From assembly GCA_964016885.1 (NCBI GenBank), contig OZ024743.1:156178001-156242000 (forward strand): a stretch of DNA of 64,000 nucleotides, given 5' to 3'. The stretch comes from Eledone cirrhosa (taxonomy: Eukaryota). Made by a program: the position numbers and the translations under genes. The notes below the pieces were generated by a model. It had not been told where the DNA came from. It did no database searches and saw only the letters and a program-made list of their open reading frames with translations. Shown in pieces: positions 25,831 through 39,030 of this stretch; position 1 is the stretch's first letter; every line of letters begins with the position of its first letter.

Positions 25831-28800
25831 TTAGCAGTTTATCTCGGCGTGGTTCGGGTTTGTTCATTTGCTATGAAAAGTTACATACAGTTAAACGTGG
25901 CTTGAAAGCGAATAAGCTTATCAATTAAGTGCATAAAACAGTTGAACCGGTTATAAAAGTTACGAACCATTTAGCATTTTGGCCAATCAATGATGGGTTA
26001 ATAATAGCGAATTCCAATAGCGAATCTAGCAGACCAAAGTTCCAAGATAGTAGCCCTGATGCCACTGGGTCTCAGATCTGTCCGCCATGGGTAACCCTAC
26101 CAGGAAATAGTTTTCCAAACGGCATAGATCCAACACCTCCAACACCTGCACCAACATCTATAGCACCTCTTTGTAGACGATATTGCGTGTCATCCCTTGA
26201 GGAGTGTAAGCACAAAGTCCATTCCTGCTCCCTACGCGGGAACAGACAACATAAAGTTGGCCATGGGGGAGCATGGCTCCCCCAAATGTATGACCGCCAC
26301 CGACAATGTTTGCTCTTGTGACTTGTTAATGGACATGGAAAAATATGGTCTCACCGGGAATAGGGATCGCCGGAAATCGAACGGGATATCTGACGCCGAG
26401 GTGAAAAGGTTCATCCTTGGAATGAAAACATTCTCCCATCTCCCGCACCCCATTACACTGGTGGCCTCAATCAAGCGGGGCGTCAGAGACTTGACGACCA
26501 TGCGAGTACCATTGCACTGCTTTGATGGACGCAAGTTCCTTATTAGCATAATGGGACAGCCGACACTAAGCTTAAGAATGCGAGGTGGGAGCCCAGGGGG
26601 CTCAAGGGAATTTAATAATTCAACCGGATAATTAACGATATCATCGGTCTGACGATAGATTTGAGGATGTGCTCTTTACCGGGAATCTTCTCAATCAGCT
26701 GCTCGTTAATACAATTAACCATGGCATATTTCGGAGCAAGGATGGCTCTCTCGCTGAGGCAATCCAGGTTTTTAAAGTTAGATGAGTCATTAGGAACAAA
26801 TGCTTCCGAAAGGTCAGAAGGCTGCTCACAATGTTGCACAGGGAGTCGATTCCTATGCCCCCTTGTTATCCGCAGGGACCTTGCACTCACCAAGTGCTAA
26901 AATGTTCATGCAAATAAGGACTCATATTTGTGCTCCGGTCCAAACTCTTCACCTGAGGCCACAACATGGCCGACTTAAGGCAGACACGCACTTCATCAGC
27001 TCTTCTCCCTTTGGGGATGACAGGCAGCGTGTGCCGACAATCACCTGATAGTAGAAAGGTTACGCCACCCATAGGAGCCGAATCATCCCTAATGTCTTTC
27101 AGGGTCATGCCCAATGCCTCAAGGGCACCCTTGTGTGCCATTGTGCACTAATCCAAAACAATGAGGCAACATTTCTTGAGAACCAGAGCTTTGCTGATAT
27201 TGCATGTATGTGTCTCAGATTTTACTAAATCCAATGGGAGTTTAAAGGTTGAATGACCCCCGGCAGCAAAGTAGCAGCGTTCCTGGATGATGCAACGGCC
27301 AACGCAATTATTTCTCCTGTCGAATCTTAGCGAGAATCAATTTCGTTACAAAAGTTTTCCCGGTACCTCCAGGAGCATCGAGAACGTAAATACCCCCAGT
27401 CTGATTTTGAACCGCGTCAGTGAAAGTTAAATAGGCCAGTATTTCGTCCGTCAGAAGTTTGTGCTCATTTTCCTCTAAGTATTGGGAAAGCGATTCGATG
27501 TCTTATGCTGTTTCCCGCAACAAATCCGTGGCCAACGTGTTAGCTTCCTCTCTGACGGTTGACGGCAAGCCATACGTCACCAACTCACTCCCACCCATGT
27601 CGAGGAAGGCGTCCTCGATATCAATGAGTGCTCTGTTGTAGATTATGTCGCTGTAACCACCTTCCAATGAATGATACTGCAGATGAGCCCAGCGCAGGAA
27701 GTCCTCAGACATGAAGTCTCTGTACTTCACCCATAAATATTTGGGATCCAACAATTCACACTTTTGAAGCAAACGTGTTCCCGGAGACTTTTAGGATATT
27801 TCAACAAAACACTCTCTGCTAAAGTGGAATCCCATTGCGAATCATCTTCCAAAAGACCACGCTTAAAGCAGGCTTCCCGGAACGTATAACATATTTCTCC
27901 ATCAACAGTTTTGAGGTCCTGAAAACTTCGTGGGCCTACAACTTCATGCAAAAGAAGACGGAGATGAAAGCACTCATGCTGACTTGCAGGCACAGTGTAA
28001 ACCCTTCCAAGACAGTGGTCAAAGTTTACACCAGCATGTATTTCAACAGCCTGACCTGACTATCTTCGCACCCAAGTGTTTTTCGACCATATAAAGTAGG
28101 ATGGAACCTGGCGGTACACAATTGTTTGCGTAAATGTATCGAACTGGCAAAGTTTGAAGAAACCCGTCAGAGTGGCCTCTTTGCAATCGGCCGCCAACTT
28201 GGCGGCGGTTTTGTACGTAAAGTAAACTCTTTGCCCATTTTCCAAATGTACCGGAAGCTGTACGATTGCGGCGTGCCGTTGGTGTATGGGTAAACCAAAT
28301 AGGTGCCAACAAGCTACATTGCTACTGATCTATCGCCCCGCCTGGTATTCTGTGACCTCGTCCCTGCTATTTTCAGCTTGAAATGCGAATTTTGCGGCAT
28401 CAGAGCTCTTATTTACATATTTGCATATGTATTTTATCGACTTGACGGAGTTGCAAAACTCAACGTTGATGTGGGCGTTGAACATCTTCAAGAGAAGCGG
28501 GCAGTAAGGGACCACCCATCTATTGTCGACCTGACCTCCCTTTACTGTTATGGTGAAGCCACCGTTCTTGGGCCGTCTCCGCCTGTACAGGGGGTACCCG
28601 CCGCCACCAGTCTGAGTATCGTCAATACATTTGTTTGTGTATCCCTTACTGCACGACCCCCCTTCAGACACGGGTGATGCTCATTTGGACCCGACGCACA
28701 TGGACCAAGTTAGCTTTGACGATGTCATTTAATTCCTGGTCAGTTGCTGGGTTAGGGATTGCAGCCGAAATGAAGCTATCTATGGCATTTGAATTGATTC

Positions 28801-28965
28801 TATCAGCTAACTAAATCAAAATGTGAGCATGAGGCAGCCCTCGTTTTTGCCATACGACGGTGAACATGTCACATTTTACAGCCCCATATACCTGACCCTT
28901 TTTGATTAAAGCCATGGATTTAGCCATTTTCAGTCGGAACACTCTGGCAATGAGGTCATACGACG
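25831..28965 (-). mobile_element. degenerate autonomous-type Helitron (Rep HUH plus PIF1 helicase), 5' truncated
   Basis: WQKRGLPHAHILI (HUH motif 2), SIKYICKYVNK (motif 3), LDAPGGTGKTF, LLSGDCRHTLPV, MLIRNLRPSKQCNGTR, SMSINKSQ; many stops/frameshifts; 3' hairpin plus CTAA. Confidence 0.93.
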
Positions 28966-28969
28966 TCAA

Positions 28970-30500
28970 ACGTTAATTCTATAAATAATACTAGGTCACT
29001 TGCTACTAACTCTGTTAATTTCTCTAATCGTAATTGTAATTGTCCTGTTAGAACTAAATGTCCTCTTAATAACCAATGTCTTGATAAAATATTAGTGTAT
29101 GAATGTAAGGTTATAAGCTGTACTAATTATTTTACCTATTACGGTTCCACTTCCACTTCTTTAAAAGCAAGATTTTATAATCACGAATCGTGTTTTAAAT
29201 ACCAACTCAAAAGAACTAACACGGCACTCTTGGAACTCATATGGTCCTTAAATGACAAAAATATTAACTATAACATATCTAGGAGGAAAGTTTGCTACGC
29301 CTTTCCTTACCTGAATTCTTCCCTATCCAGAACATGTAATCTCTGCCTAGCCGAGAAATTTACCATTATATCTAATTTTAATAAATAGACGTACGGATTT
29401 CTTCTCGCTCTGCTTGCATAAATCCCAGAGAACCTTCTATAAAGTATACAGCTAAAATTTCAATAGATAATTAGTTTAAAATATTATACAATTTACTCCT
29501 TATATATCGTTAGAGGTCCCATATCTTGTTCTTCTTTCACGCTTTTTCCTTTATTTTCTTTTTTTTCTTTTAACATTTCTAATCTTTAATCTGTAACTTT
29601 TATTTCCCAATTACTTCTCAATGCATATTATTACTCACTACAGCATTTTCCATTTTTCCATTTTTCTATTTTCCTCATATTATTGGCCATAGAAACTATA
29701 TTTTTTAATACATAATAATATTACCATTAGGAAATGTTTGTAAACATATATACTTTTTGACGTTAGATATCTTCTTCCTTAAATTTTCCTTTTTCTTCTC
29801 TCCTTCCGTATTCGTTTTAAACCTATTATTTACTTTTACATATTACAATACATAAAAACAAATTTAAACCCTAACTAATTCCTCTAAGTTCATAATTCAT
29901 TTATTATCTCCTCTCACATTATATCCTTAATATTATTAATATTTTTATTTTAATAATACATATGAATAATTATTTTCGCACATTTTATTAAACCCTTCAA
30001 TATATAAACCTTTATACTATTCTTAATTCCTTTTTCTTTAATCATAAACATCAACATCAATAATCCTCATTAACTCTTAATTTCAAAATCTTTTTAAATT
30101 ATCTATTATCATCCAACGGTTTTTTTAATTTCTCTTTGTGAGTCAATGATTTTCTCAGATGTAAAGGCTATTTCTCTCTATCACTCATTTCTCTTCCTCT
30201 CTCATCCTTCCTTCTTATACTTCTCCCACTTCATCCTTTATTTTCTTTCTTACTCTTCCTTACCATTTCCTAACCCCCCCCCCTCTTTTTTTTTTCCCAA
30301 TCTCATATATCAATCGCTTTTTATTTTTCATATTTTGATTTAAAACTTCACTGCTCAGAAGTGTTTTTTAAACTTCATATCATGTTTCCCTATTTTATCT
30401 GATGAGAACGCAAATATCATCCCATGATGATATTTGTTTTTGAAATGCGCATAATAAAATACTTGGAACTCTTTTACCCATCTGTTGATCTTATATTATA
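28970..30500 (+). mobile_element. 3' fragment of a Penelope-like element (GIY-YIG, 3' UTR, pLTR)
   Basis: CNCPVRTKCPLNNQCL..VYECKV..YYGST..KARFYNH..CNLCLAEKFTII; pyrimidine-rich UTR; HHR near the end; abuts TA. Confidence 0.85.
30391..30461 (+). ncRNA. type-I HHR, intact core, palindromic helix III
   Basis: TATTTTAT CTGATGA GAACG-CAAATATCAT..ATGATATTTG-TTTTT GAAA TGCGCA TA ATAAAATA; predicted cleavage after A30453. Confidence 0.88.
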
Positions 30501-30522
30501 TATATATATATAATATAATATA

Positions 30523-30908
<386 letters not shown>

Positions 30909-33900
30909 GATAAACTTCTAAAAGACCTGTGAAACATGTTAATCTATTACAGTGTAAGCGTGCCTTCAACTGTCCTGTATGTTTAATGCATCCAAATTTC
31001 CATGCTATTTTCCATATATTGACATTTTTGCTTCTTCTTCATCTGTTAGTTCTGATTTATTTGTTTAAATTAGAAGAATGTATTCGTGTATTTCATTGTG
31101 TGCAGTGGTGAAAATGAATGTTGTACTAAGCAGAGATGTCACGGCAACCAACATCTATATATTCTTTGTCAATTTATTTCTTGAAAATTACATTTATTAC
31201 TGATTTGTTAGCAAAAGATCATGAGGCACCTGTTATTATATAACTTAGTTTATATATAGAATAAGCTGTATGTATGATGAAAATGTACAAACTATATATT
31301 TGCCGTAGTGTAACTTTTTTTGGTTTGAATATATTTTCTAGACGTAAAAGTGAGATAAGTTCATTTTCACGAAAGACACTAAAAAGTATATCTTTCATCG
31401 TGATGTCTATGATCGGCAACCCAATTATAACCTGCCATTGGTAGAATCATTACTTAAAACCTATGCGGAACTTTTTTGGCGATGACGTTTGACACGAAGA
31501 TATCGATAACATTATGTAAATCTAAACACCTGTAAATATATCATTCTACATATATATACACACGCACCCACTCTATTTTTCACTCTCTTTCCCTCTATCA
31601 CACACAGACACACATACACAAGCATGTGACTCTTACCGAACTTATATATGTACATGTATCTTCATGTTCTCATTCAGCAACACAATACACAAGAATGATA
31701 TTCTGTTTGCTTTTCATGTAAAAAGAAGGTATAAGTATTAGAGTTACTTAGTAGCATGTGTATCGTGATATATTTATTCATAAAAGACATTCTAGTATGG
31801 GCCTGCAGCAGATGTTCCAAATGATAAAACTGTACGTTTGGAAACAAAGTGGCAATCAATAGGGTATATCAAATTGAAATAACTAAATATTACATGTATA
31901 TAAAGATTTTTAGTAGTGAACTAGTTGTAAAATTCCTTACGCTCGTTATTATTTGGAAATGTATGTGAAAATATGAATGCTCTTTTCGTAATATAATGTA
32001 GTTGTATGTTGTATGTAGATGATATTAAAGGGTGGGTGAGCTAGGCTTTATATATTTATTGAAATTTGAGCTCAGCAGTCAAAGATTCAGAGAAATCTAA
32101 ATCAATTGAATAAATTCAAGTGAAATAGAATTTACTGAAATTCCAATGTTATACGTATCAACACGATGTACATTGAAAATAAGTTAAACCGGGATTGTCA
32201 TATGAATAATATGAATAATGCTTTCTTTATTAGCCACAATGGTATGAATAATATGAATAATACAATAATAATTAGCAGTTTTTGTAAGAATGTAGTGTAG
32301 TGCAGTAAGAGTCTTCTGAGGTAATGACTGGATATTGAATGTGTCTGGCTATAAAATCACATATATACACAAATACATACATGCATACTTACATACATAC
32401 ATGTACATGCATGCATACATACATATTCATGCATGCATACATACATGCATACATACAGTCACACATACATACATGGATGCATGCATACAAACATGGAGTG
32501 TGGTTGAAATAGTGGTCAAAGACCTATTGGCCATTTTTACACTATAAACTTACAGCATCAATGATGGTACCCTTGAGACAGTGATTGGAAATCTCCAGGA
32601 TAAGAAAGCACCAAGAAGAGATTTTATCGTCTGCTTCTGTAAAGAACTTGACTTTTGTAAGCATTGAAATATATCAATCGATACTAGCAAACTCTCCAGG
32701 GAGAAATACATATATCAAGCTAGTTGGAATTAACAGAGATACTTTTGGTTCCCCAAAACAAGGAAACCCGCTTGGCAAAACTTACCGACCTGTTACATAC
32801 CAGAATCCAATATATGCCACCTCTAAGAATATATGCCTACAGGATCACTGTATCAATAACAATATAATCACACAGGATAATGTAGCTGAGACGAAAGGGT
32901 TTTGGTGATCTGCTGTGCTGCGGAATAACGTTTAATTAACAGAACCACTATGACATTGGAGGATCTTAGTTACAATCTAGCCGCTGGGTTAGAGGGAAGT
33001 ATTCGATCATGTTACCCATTTGTGTTGCAAAAGTCTGTCGATTCATTAAAGTTCTAGATACCAGAATGAAAGTGCCTCTATCCTGTATTTACATACAGAT
33101 AAAGACTACATTTTTACTTATAAAATATAATATATTGTTAATGCAAGTAAGTATCATGTACATCGCTCAATGTTTTCTATGTGTGGTGATATGCACATAT
33201 AATGGGAATTGAATATTCCTACGTGCCATAAGATTGTGGTAAATGAAGATTATGAAAATGTGAGCTAGATATTCCATTTGCTTGACAGACATTTGAGGAA
33301 AGGCATTTTACATAACTGCGTAATACTTCCCTCCTTTCACTCTCTAGCATATGCTTCTGTAGGGGTCTTGAAGGGCTTGTATCACTATTTGAAAATATGT
33401 TGCAGGAGAAGGAAGCGTGATGCAGGAAATTTGTTGATCCGATCATTACAACGAGAAATAAAATGAAACATTTTCTTGAGTGGTACGTATTACTATGTAT
33501 CATTTGCACAGAGTTCAGAACTTGCATATGTCATTGAATTATTGACAATAACGCAATCCCGATTAATATGTTTCATAATAAATTAAAACTCAGCGAGATT
33601 ATTCGTTGCTAGACATTCGCTGAATGTCTTTCGGTGAAGTCCAGTGTATGAGAAAGATGTATGCTCTCCCAATCCTCTTTCTAGATATCCACCAACTGAC
33701 CAATATTAAAATAAACTCTCCTATTTAGTAGATCAAGTTTATCCAATACATGGAGCAGCCCTTCTAAAAAGGGAAAATCTGCAGAATAATAATGATAAAC
33801 TGATCAACCATACAAAACATTCGAAGCGAGAGACGGGATATAGATGAATATGGGATTTACATCTTATGTGAGATGAAAAGAGAGAGTAAATATATATATA

Positions 33901-35004
33901 CATTTATGTAATACCTAAAGTGCACTGTCAGAACGTATATTTCCATATGTTCTAACATATGTTTTATACTTCCGTACCTTACAATGCATTCCAACAGCCC
34001 ATTTCATAGTCAAGTAACCAAAGATAACGATAAAGGAAAACAAAATTATAGGATTAACGATTAGCAGATAGTCGTTATCTAAATTAATGAATTAATTACT
34101 CTTTTCAAAATGGAAGAATTTAGGGATATACATAATGAAAATAAGAATATTAAACCAAGGAAAATGATACATCGAAAATGACAACTATATTGCTTTCATA
34201 TTTATTTCCTTTTTTAATAAGGAAATAATTTATATTTCAATGTTAGTACATGTAAAAATGAATGCATATATGTACACATAATTGTAACCTTCATATATAT
34301 ATTTATACAAAATATATTCACACAGTCGTGCAAACACTTATAGACGCTCCCCCATGTATACATATAAATACACATATATGTCTATGTGAATATACGCATA
34401 TATATATATACATATGTAAATATATACATTATGAAGAGAGAAGAAACATTTAGATATAATTAGTAATAAAATGTATCATACCTAAACTGCTCCTAGATTC
34501 CTCGACTACGTAGTTTCGTGGCATAAACAAAAACAATACATCATAATACATATATACATGTATATATATGTATATATATAATTAAAGCTATAACTCCACT
34601 ATCCGGGATCTTCCAACAGTAATGGTTGCATTCTTTAAGGGTATGTCAATATTTATTCATAAAACTGATCTGTATTATATTTTATCTGATGAAATCGATT
34701 CAGAACTAAACCGGTTCTGAATTCCTTTTCTGCATAACTTTTTCAAGTAGATGTTGATAGAATTGAATCCCGAATAAAAATCAGGTGTATACATTTTAAT
34801 AATCTGCGAATGTGTACAAGTTTAATAATCATTTTTCCACCTCAAATGACTACTATATAAAAAGATTGGCTTACCGCACTATATTTCTTAGTTCTATACG
34901 TTCAGTTCAAATCCTTTCAACATCAACTTTCACTTTTTTGCACTCAGAATTCATTCAATAATTAGTCGCGTTGTTTAACTTCAATCATTTTGAATATACT
35001 GGAG

Positions 35005-35450
35005 GCCGTGTGTTGACATTATCGGTAGAGTGTTGGGCGTATTGCTTCGCGGCATTAGGTTACCGCCCTTTTCATTCTGAGTTCAATTCCTACCGAAGTT
35101 AGCTTTGCCTTTCATTCAATAATATAAAGTATCATTCACGCGCTGGGGTCGATTTAACCGACTTTCCCCTTCCCCTAAAAAATTGATGAGCATGAGACTA
35201 AATCAGAAACCATTGTTCAAATATATTTAATGCGGTGGCTTGGCAGATTTGTTAGATCTTAGGACAAATGTTAAAGAATATTTCTTTTTGTTTTCTTTTA
35301 CGTTTTTAGTTAAATTCTCTAAGAAAGGTAACATTTCCGTCTGTTACCCTTTCAAGCTCGAGAAAATAAAGTACCTCTAATGTAGTGTCAGTATAATTGG
35401 TTTTCTCCTCAGCAAAATTTCTGGCTTTGTCCCCTCATCAGAAAACTTTA
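35005..35450 (+). mobile_element. two tandem old SINE copies
   Basis: ATCGGTAGAG..CTGAGTTCAATTCC..GCCTTTCAT; second copy GCGGTGGCTTGGCAG..AAAATAAAGTACC. Confidence 0.6.
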
Positions 35451-37017
35451 TTTTTGCATATAATTCTTCCACAGTAACCCCGGTCACATCAATATTCCTA
35501 AATCTAAGAACGAATGACAATTTCTCTCACTTTTGGAGTTCTAATAACCAAATCAAATCCACGACTATGCCATTTCGTCATCGCTCAAGCATTTTCAATA
35601 GTTTGAAGTTAAATCTAAATCACGAACATATTTATTAGCTATTATAACTATTTTCATCACTGCTATGTAATATTTTAGTGAAGGAATGTTTCAAAAGTGT
35701 TAGCTTTGTCTGGCAGTTAGAACTGAGTAATAAAAGTTGGAAATCAATACAAATTGAAGGTGAAAGATCTAAGAATGACCTATTTGATAGGAAATTGAAT
35801 CTGAATTATATGTTGAATGTGAATGATTTTAAAGCATTTCTGCATATTGGTGAAAATAAATCATATGTCGGAATAAGCATTGATAATTTAGACATAAATT
35901 GGACTGTATTGAGAAATACTCTGTTATATCTACCGTTGAAATTGGTTACATAAAAGAGCGTCCTGTGAAGATTGGAGAGATGTTATCACACTATTGACTA
36001 TATAGCAAAACGATTCCATTAATTGCACCAAGTGAGAAGTGGATACATAGTTGATTATATTGATAGTGGGAATGTAAATGACATGGCTACGTAAATAAGA
36101 TATCCGACAATGCGCCTAGAGGTTAGTAGTTCATATATATTCACAGGTAATCTGACATATCTACGATGAAGACACTTGGCTCGAAAATACATCCATAGGA
36201 TATCAAAGAATTGATTTCTTGATAGGAAAATAAATATAATACAAATATTAGCTTTAAAAAATGTACGATAGCATGTTCACTGTGTATGATAAAGTGTACT
36301 TCAACATAGAGAGCTAAATGCAATAAAACACCTCAATAAAGACACGTTCTGCGGAATAATCCTAAAATACGTATGATACAAACATACATATTTACTAGCA
36401 CGCGATACAAATACCACCCAATAAAATAGAAGAATCATCAGAGGACGTAACGTATCCAAAGCAAATAATGCAAATCACAGAAGGCTTATTAAAAATGTCA
36501 AATAAATGAAACACAAAAATTACTCTGCAAACAACTAGACAATCAGGTTTTACGGCGAATACAATTGACCTCTTCAATAATGCTCGTTCGTGATATAAAT
36601 ACCCAGAACTCTACAAAATAGGCAAATAATAGTAATTAATTATTTATTTACTACAACGGTTTCAAATGAAAAGTTTCATGATGGCACAGATTGATAGGGC
36701 AACAGTATGGGAAAATATATGAATCATTAAACTCTGAAGCCAGGAGCCTTGTCGGGCCGGTGTTAATCCAGGTTTCATGGCGTGAGGTGAGTGAGTGTAC
36801 AAGACTTCCCCCAGAAATGTTATCGCTGCACATGGCTGAATACAATAAATGAAATGTAATCTGAGTTTTTCGAATATTAATAATAATATTCGATTCGTTT
36901 GCAATTACACAAACAAGCCTTTTTAAAGCCATATCAGTAGAATGAGCTCCTCATTCTTGTTCCTGTGTTGGCATGTAGAGTGAACTGCAGACACTAATGT
37001 TGTTTTTTAGTTATATA

Positions 37018-37859
37018 CTAGCAGAATGGGCCGGTTTTTCTCGGGATTCTAAACATAGATTGGCATGTTTATCCCTCCTTTCTGAAGCAGTACAGAGAAG
37101 TAGGGAATACCTCGGCCTGGGGATGGTGTCTACATTTTGTGCTTATAAAAAGAACTCGTCGTAGATTACCAGGGGTTTAACTTAATTGGGTGCCTGAGAG
37201 TAAAATGTTCAACCCACGAAAGCCAAGATGATAGGGTTAAGTAAAAAGCATTCGACAACCCGAACATGTATTTGTTGTGGTATAGTACAATAAAAGCAAT
37301 AGTTACAGAGCAGTAAGCATCTGGGACTGCAGTGGTGGAGAGCATGAAGTAATTTAGTTGGATACTCTTATGGTTACAGGCCCTAACGCAACCAAAATGC
37401 TAAACAATGCGGTCCCCAGGCAAACATTTGAAATCTTTTACAGTCATGAAAATTGGTGTAAAATAAGTAATGCATCTGCAAAGTATAAAAATAATCGGTT
37501 GGGTACTTCTCGAGACCCTAACGCAACCAAAATCCTTTAAAAAATCGATTTTTCGTGAAATGCGGTCCCTAGGGCAAAACATGAGAAAATCCTTTTCGCT
37601 CAAAACACTTTAAGCGACATAAGTAATGTAAATTTTGAGGAAATCGCCTAGATTATTGTTCCGTCATCCTTAAAAAAGACTTTAAAGCCTAAACTATGCG
37701 GTTTTTGGCCTATTGCGGTCCCTAGGGCATTGTAAATTTGAAATATTTTTTGCTCAAAACACTCACACCGCCTTAAGTATTAAATGCGTAAAGTTTGAAA
37801 AAAACCGGTTGGGCGGTTCTTGGGATTTAGGGGGACAGACAGACAGACAATCTCTGTTT

Positions 37860-37870
<11 letters not shown>
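37018..37870 (-). mobile_element. non-autonomous Helitron related to 10051-10936
   Basis: CTAGCAG..CCGG..CGGG 3' end; shared GCGGTCCCTAGGGCATTG and GACAGACAGAC segments. Confidence 0.65.
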
Positions 37871-37894
<24 letters not shown>

Positions 37895-38067
37895 GAATGG
37901 AATTTTAATATTTTATATCTACGATATTATTACATCAATGTTCACAACAGACACACACGCACGCACACACACACACTCACACACACGTATACACACACAC
38001 GCATACACACACGCACACACACACACACATACACGCACACGCACACACATACACACACACAAATACG

Positions 38068-38131
<64 letters not shown>

Positions 38132-38321
38132 AAACGCACACACAACGATATATATATATATATATATATCGATGGTAGATCGACGTTCGTCATATCGGTC
38201 GCAGGAAACAATAATTCCTTTGACTTTCCATATGTTAATACTATCTATCGGTCGCAACTCCAGCTAGAAGGAACAACGTGAAATAAAGTGTCTTGATCAA
38301 GGACATAATGCATCACCCGGT

Positions 38322-38409
<88 letters not shown>

Positions 38410-38752
38410 CGTGTGTGTGTGTATGTGTGTGTGTATGTGTGTGTGTGTGTGTGTGTGCGTATGTGTGTGTCTGTGTCTGTGTGTCTGTGTGTGCCTATGT
38501 GTGAGTGAAGGCCGAGTTGTTAGAGATTTGGATTCTGAATCATGAGGTTGTGAGTTCGATCCGTGACCGGGTGATGCATTATGTCCTTGATCAAGACACT
38601 TTATTTCACGTTGTTCCTTCTAGCTGGAGTTGCGACCGATAGATAGTATTAACATATGGAAAGTCAAAGGAATTATTGTTTCCTGCGACCGATATGACGA
38701 ACGCCGATCTACCGTCGATATATATATATATATATATATCGTTGTGTGTGCG

Positions 38753-38849
<97 letters not shown>

Positions 38850-39030
38850 CGTGTGCGTATTTGTGTGTGTGTATGTGTGTGCGTGTGCGTGTATGTGTGT
38901 GTGTGTGTGCGTGTGTGTATGCGTGTGTGTGTATGCGTGCGTGTGAGTGTGTGTGTGTGTGCGTGCGTGTGTGTCTGTTGTGAACATTGATGTAATAATA
39001 TCGTAGATATAAAATATTAAAATTCCATTC
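37895..39030. repeat. large near-perfect inverted duplication (arms 37895-38324 and 38563-39030)
   Basis: unique sequence and CA/TG tracts are mirrored. Confidence 0.9.
38510..38635 (+). mobile_element. tRNA-derived SINE 5' part (second family)
   Basis: GGCCGAGTTGTTAG (A box), GAGTTCGATCC (B box), TGTCCTTGATCAAGACACTTTATTTCACGTTG core. Confidence 0.7.

Noticed and set aside
32585-33000. PKQGNPLGKTYRPV, LINE RT-like fragment
   Set aside because: Single weak motif; insufficient support
38510-38565. tRNA gene
   Set aside because: A and B boxes run straight into a SINE body and no cloverleaf forms
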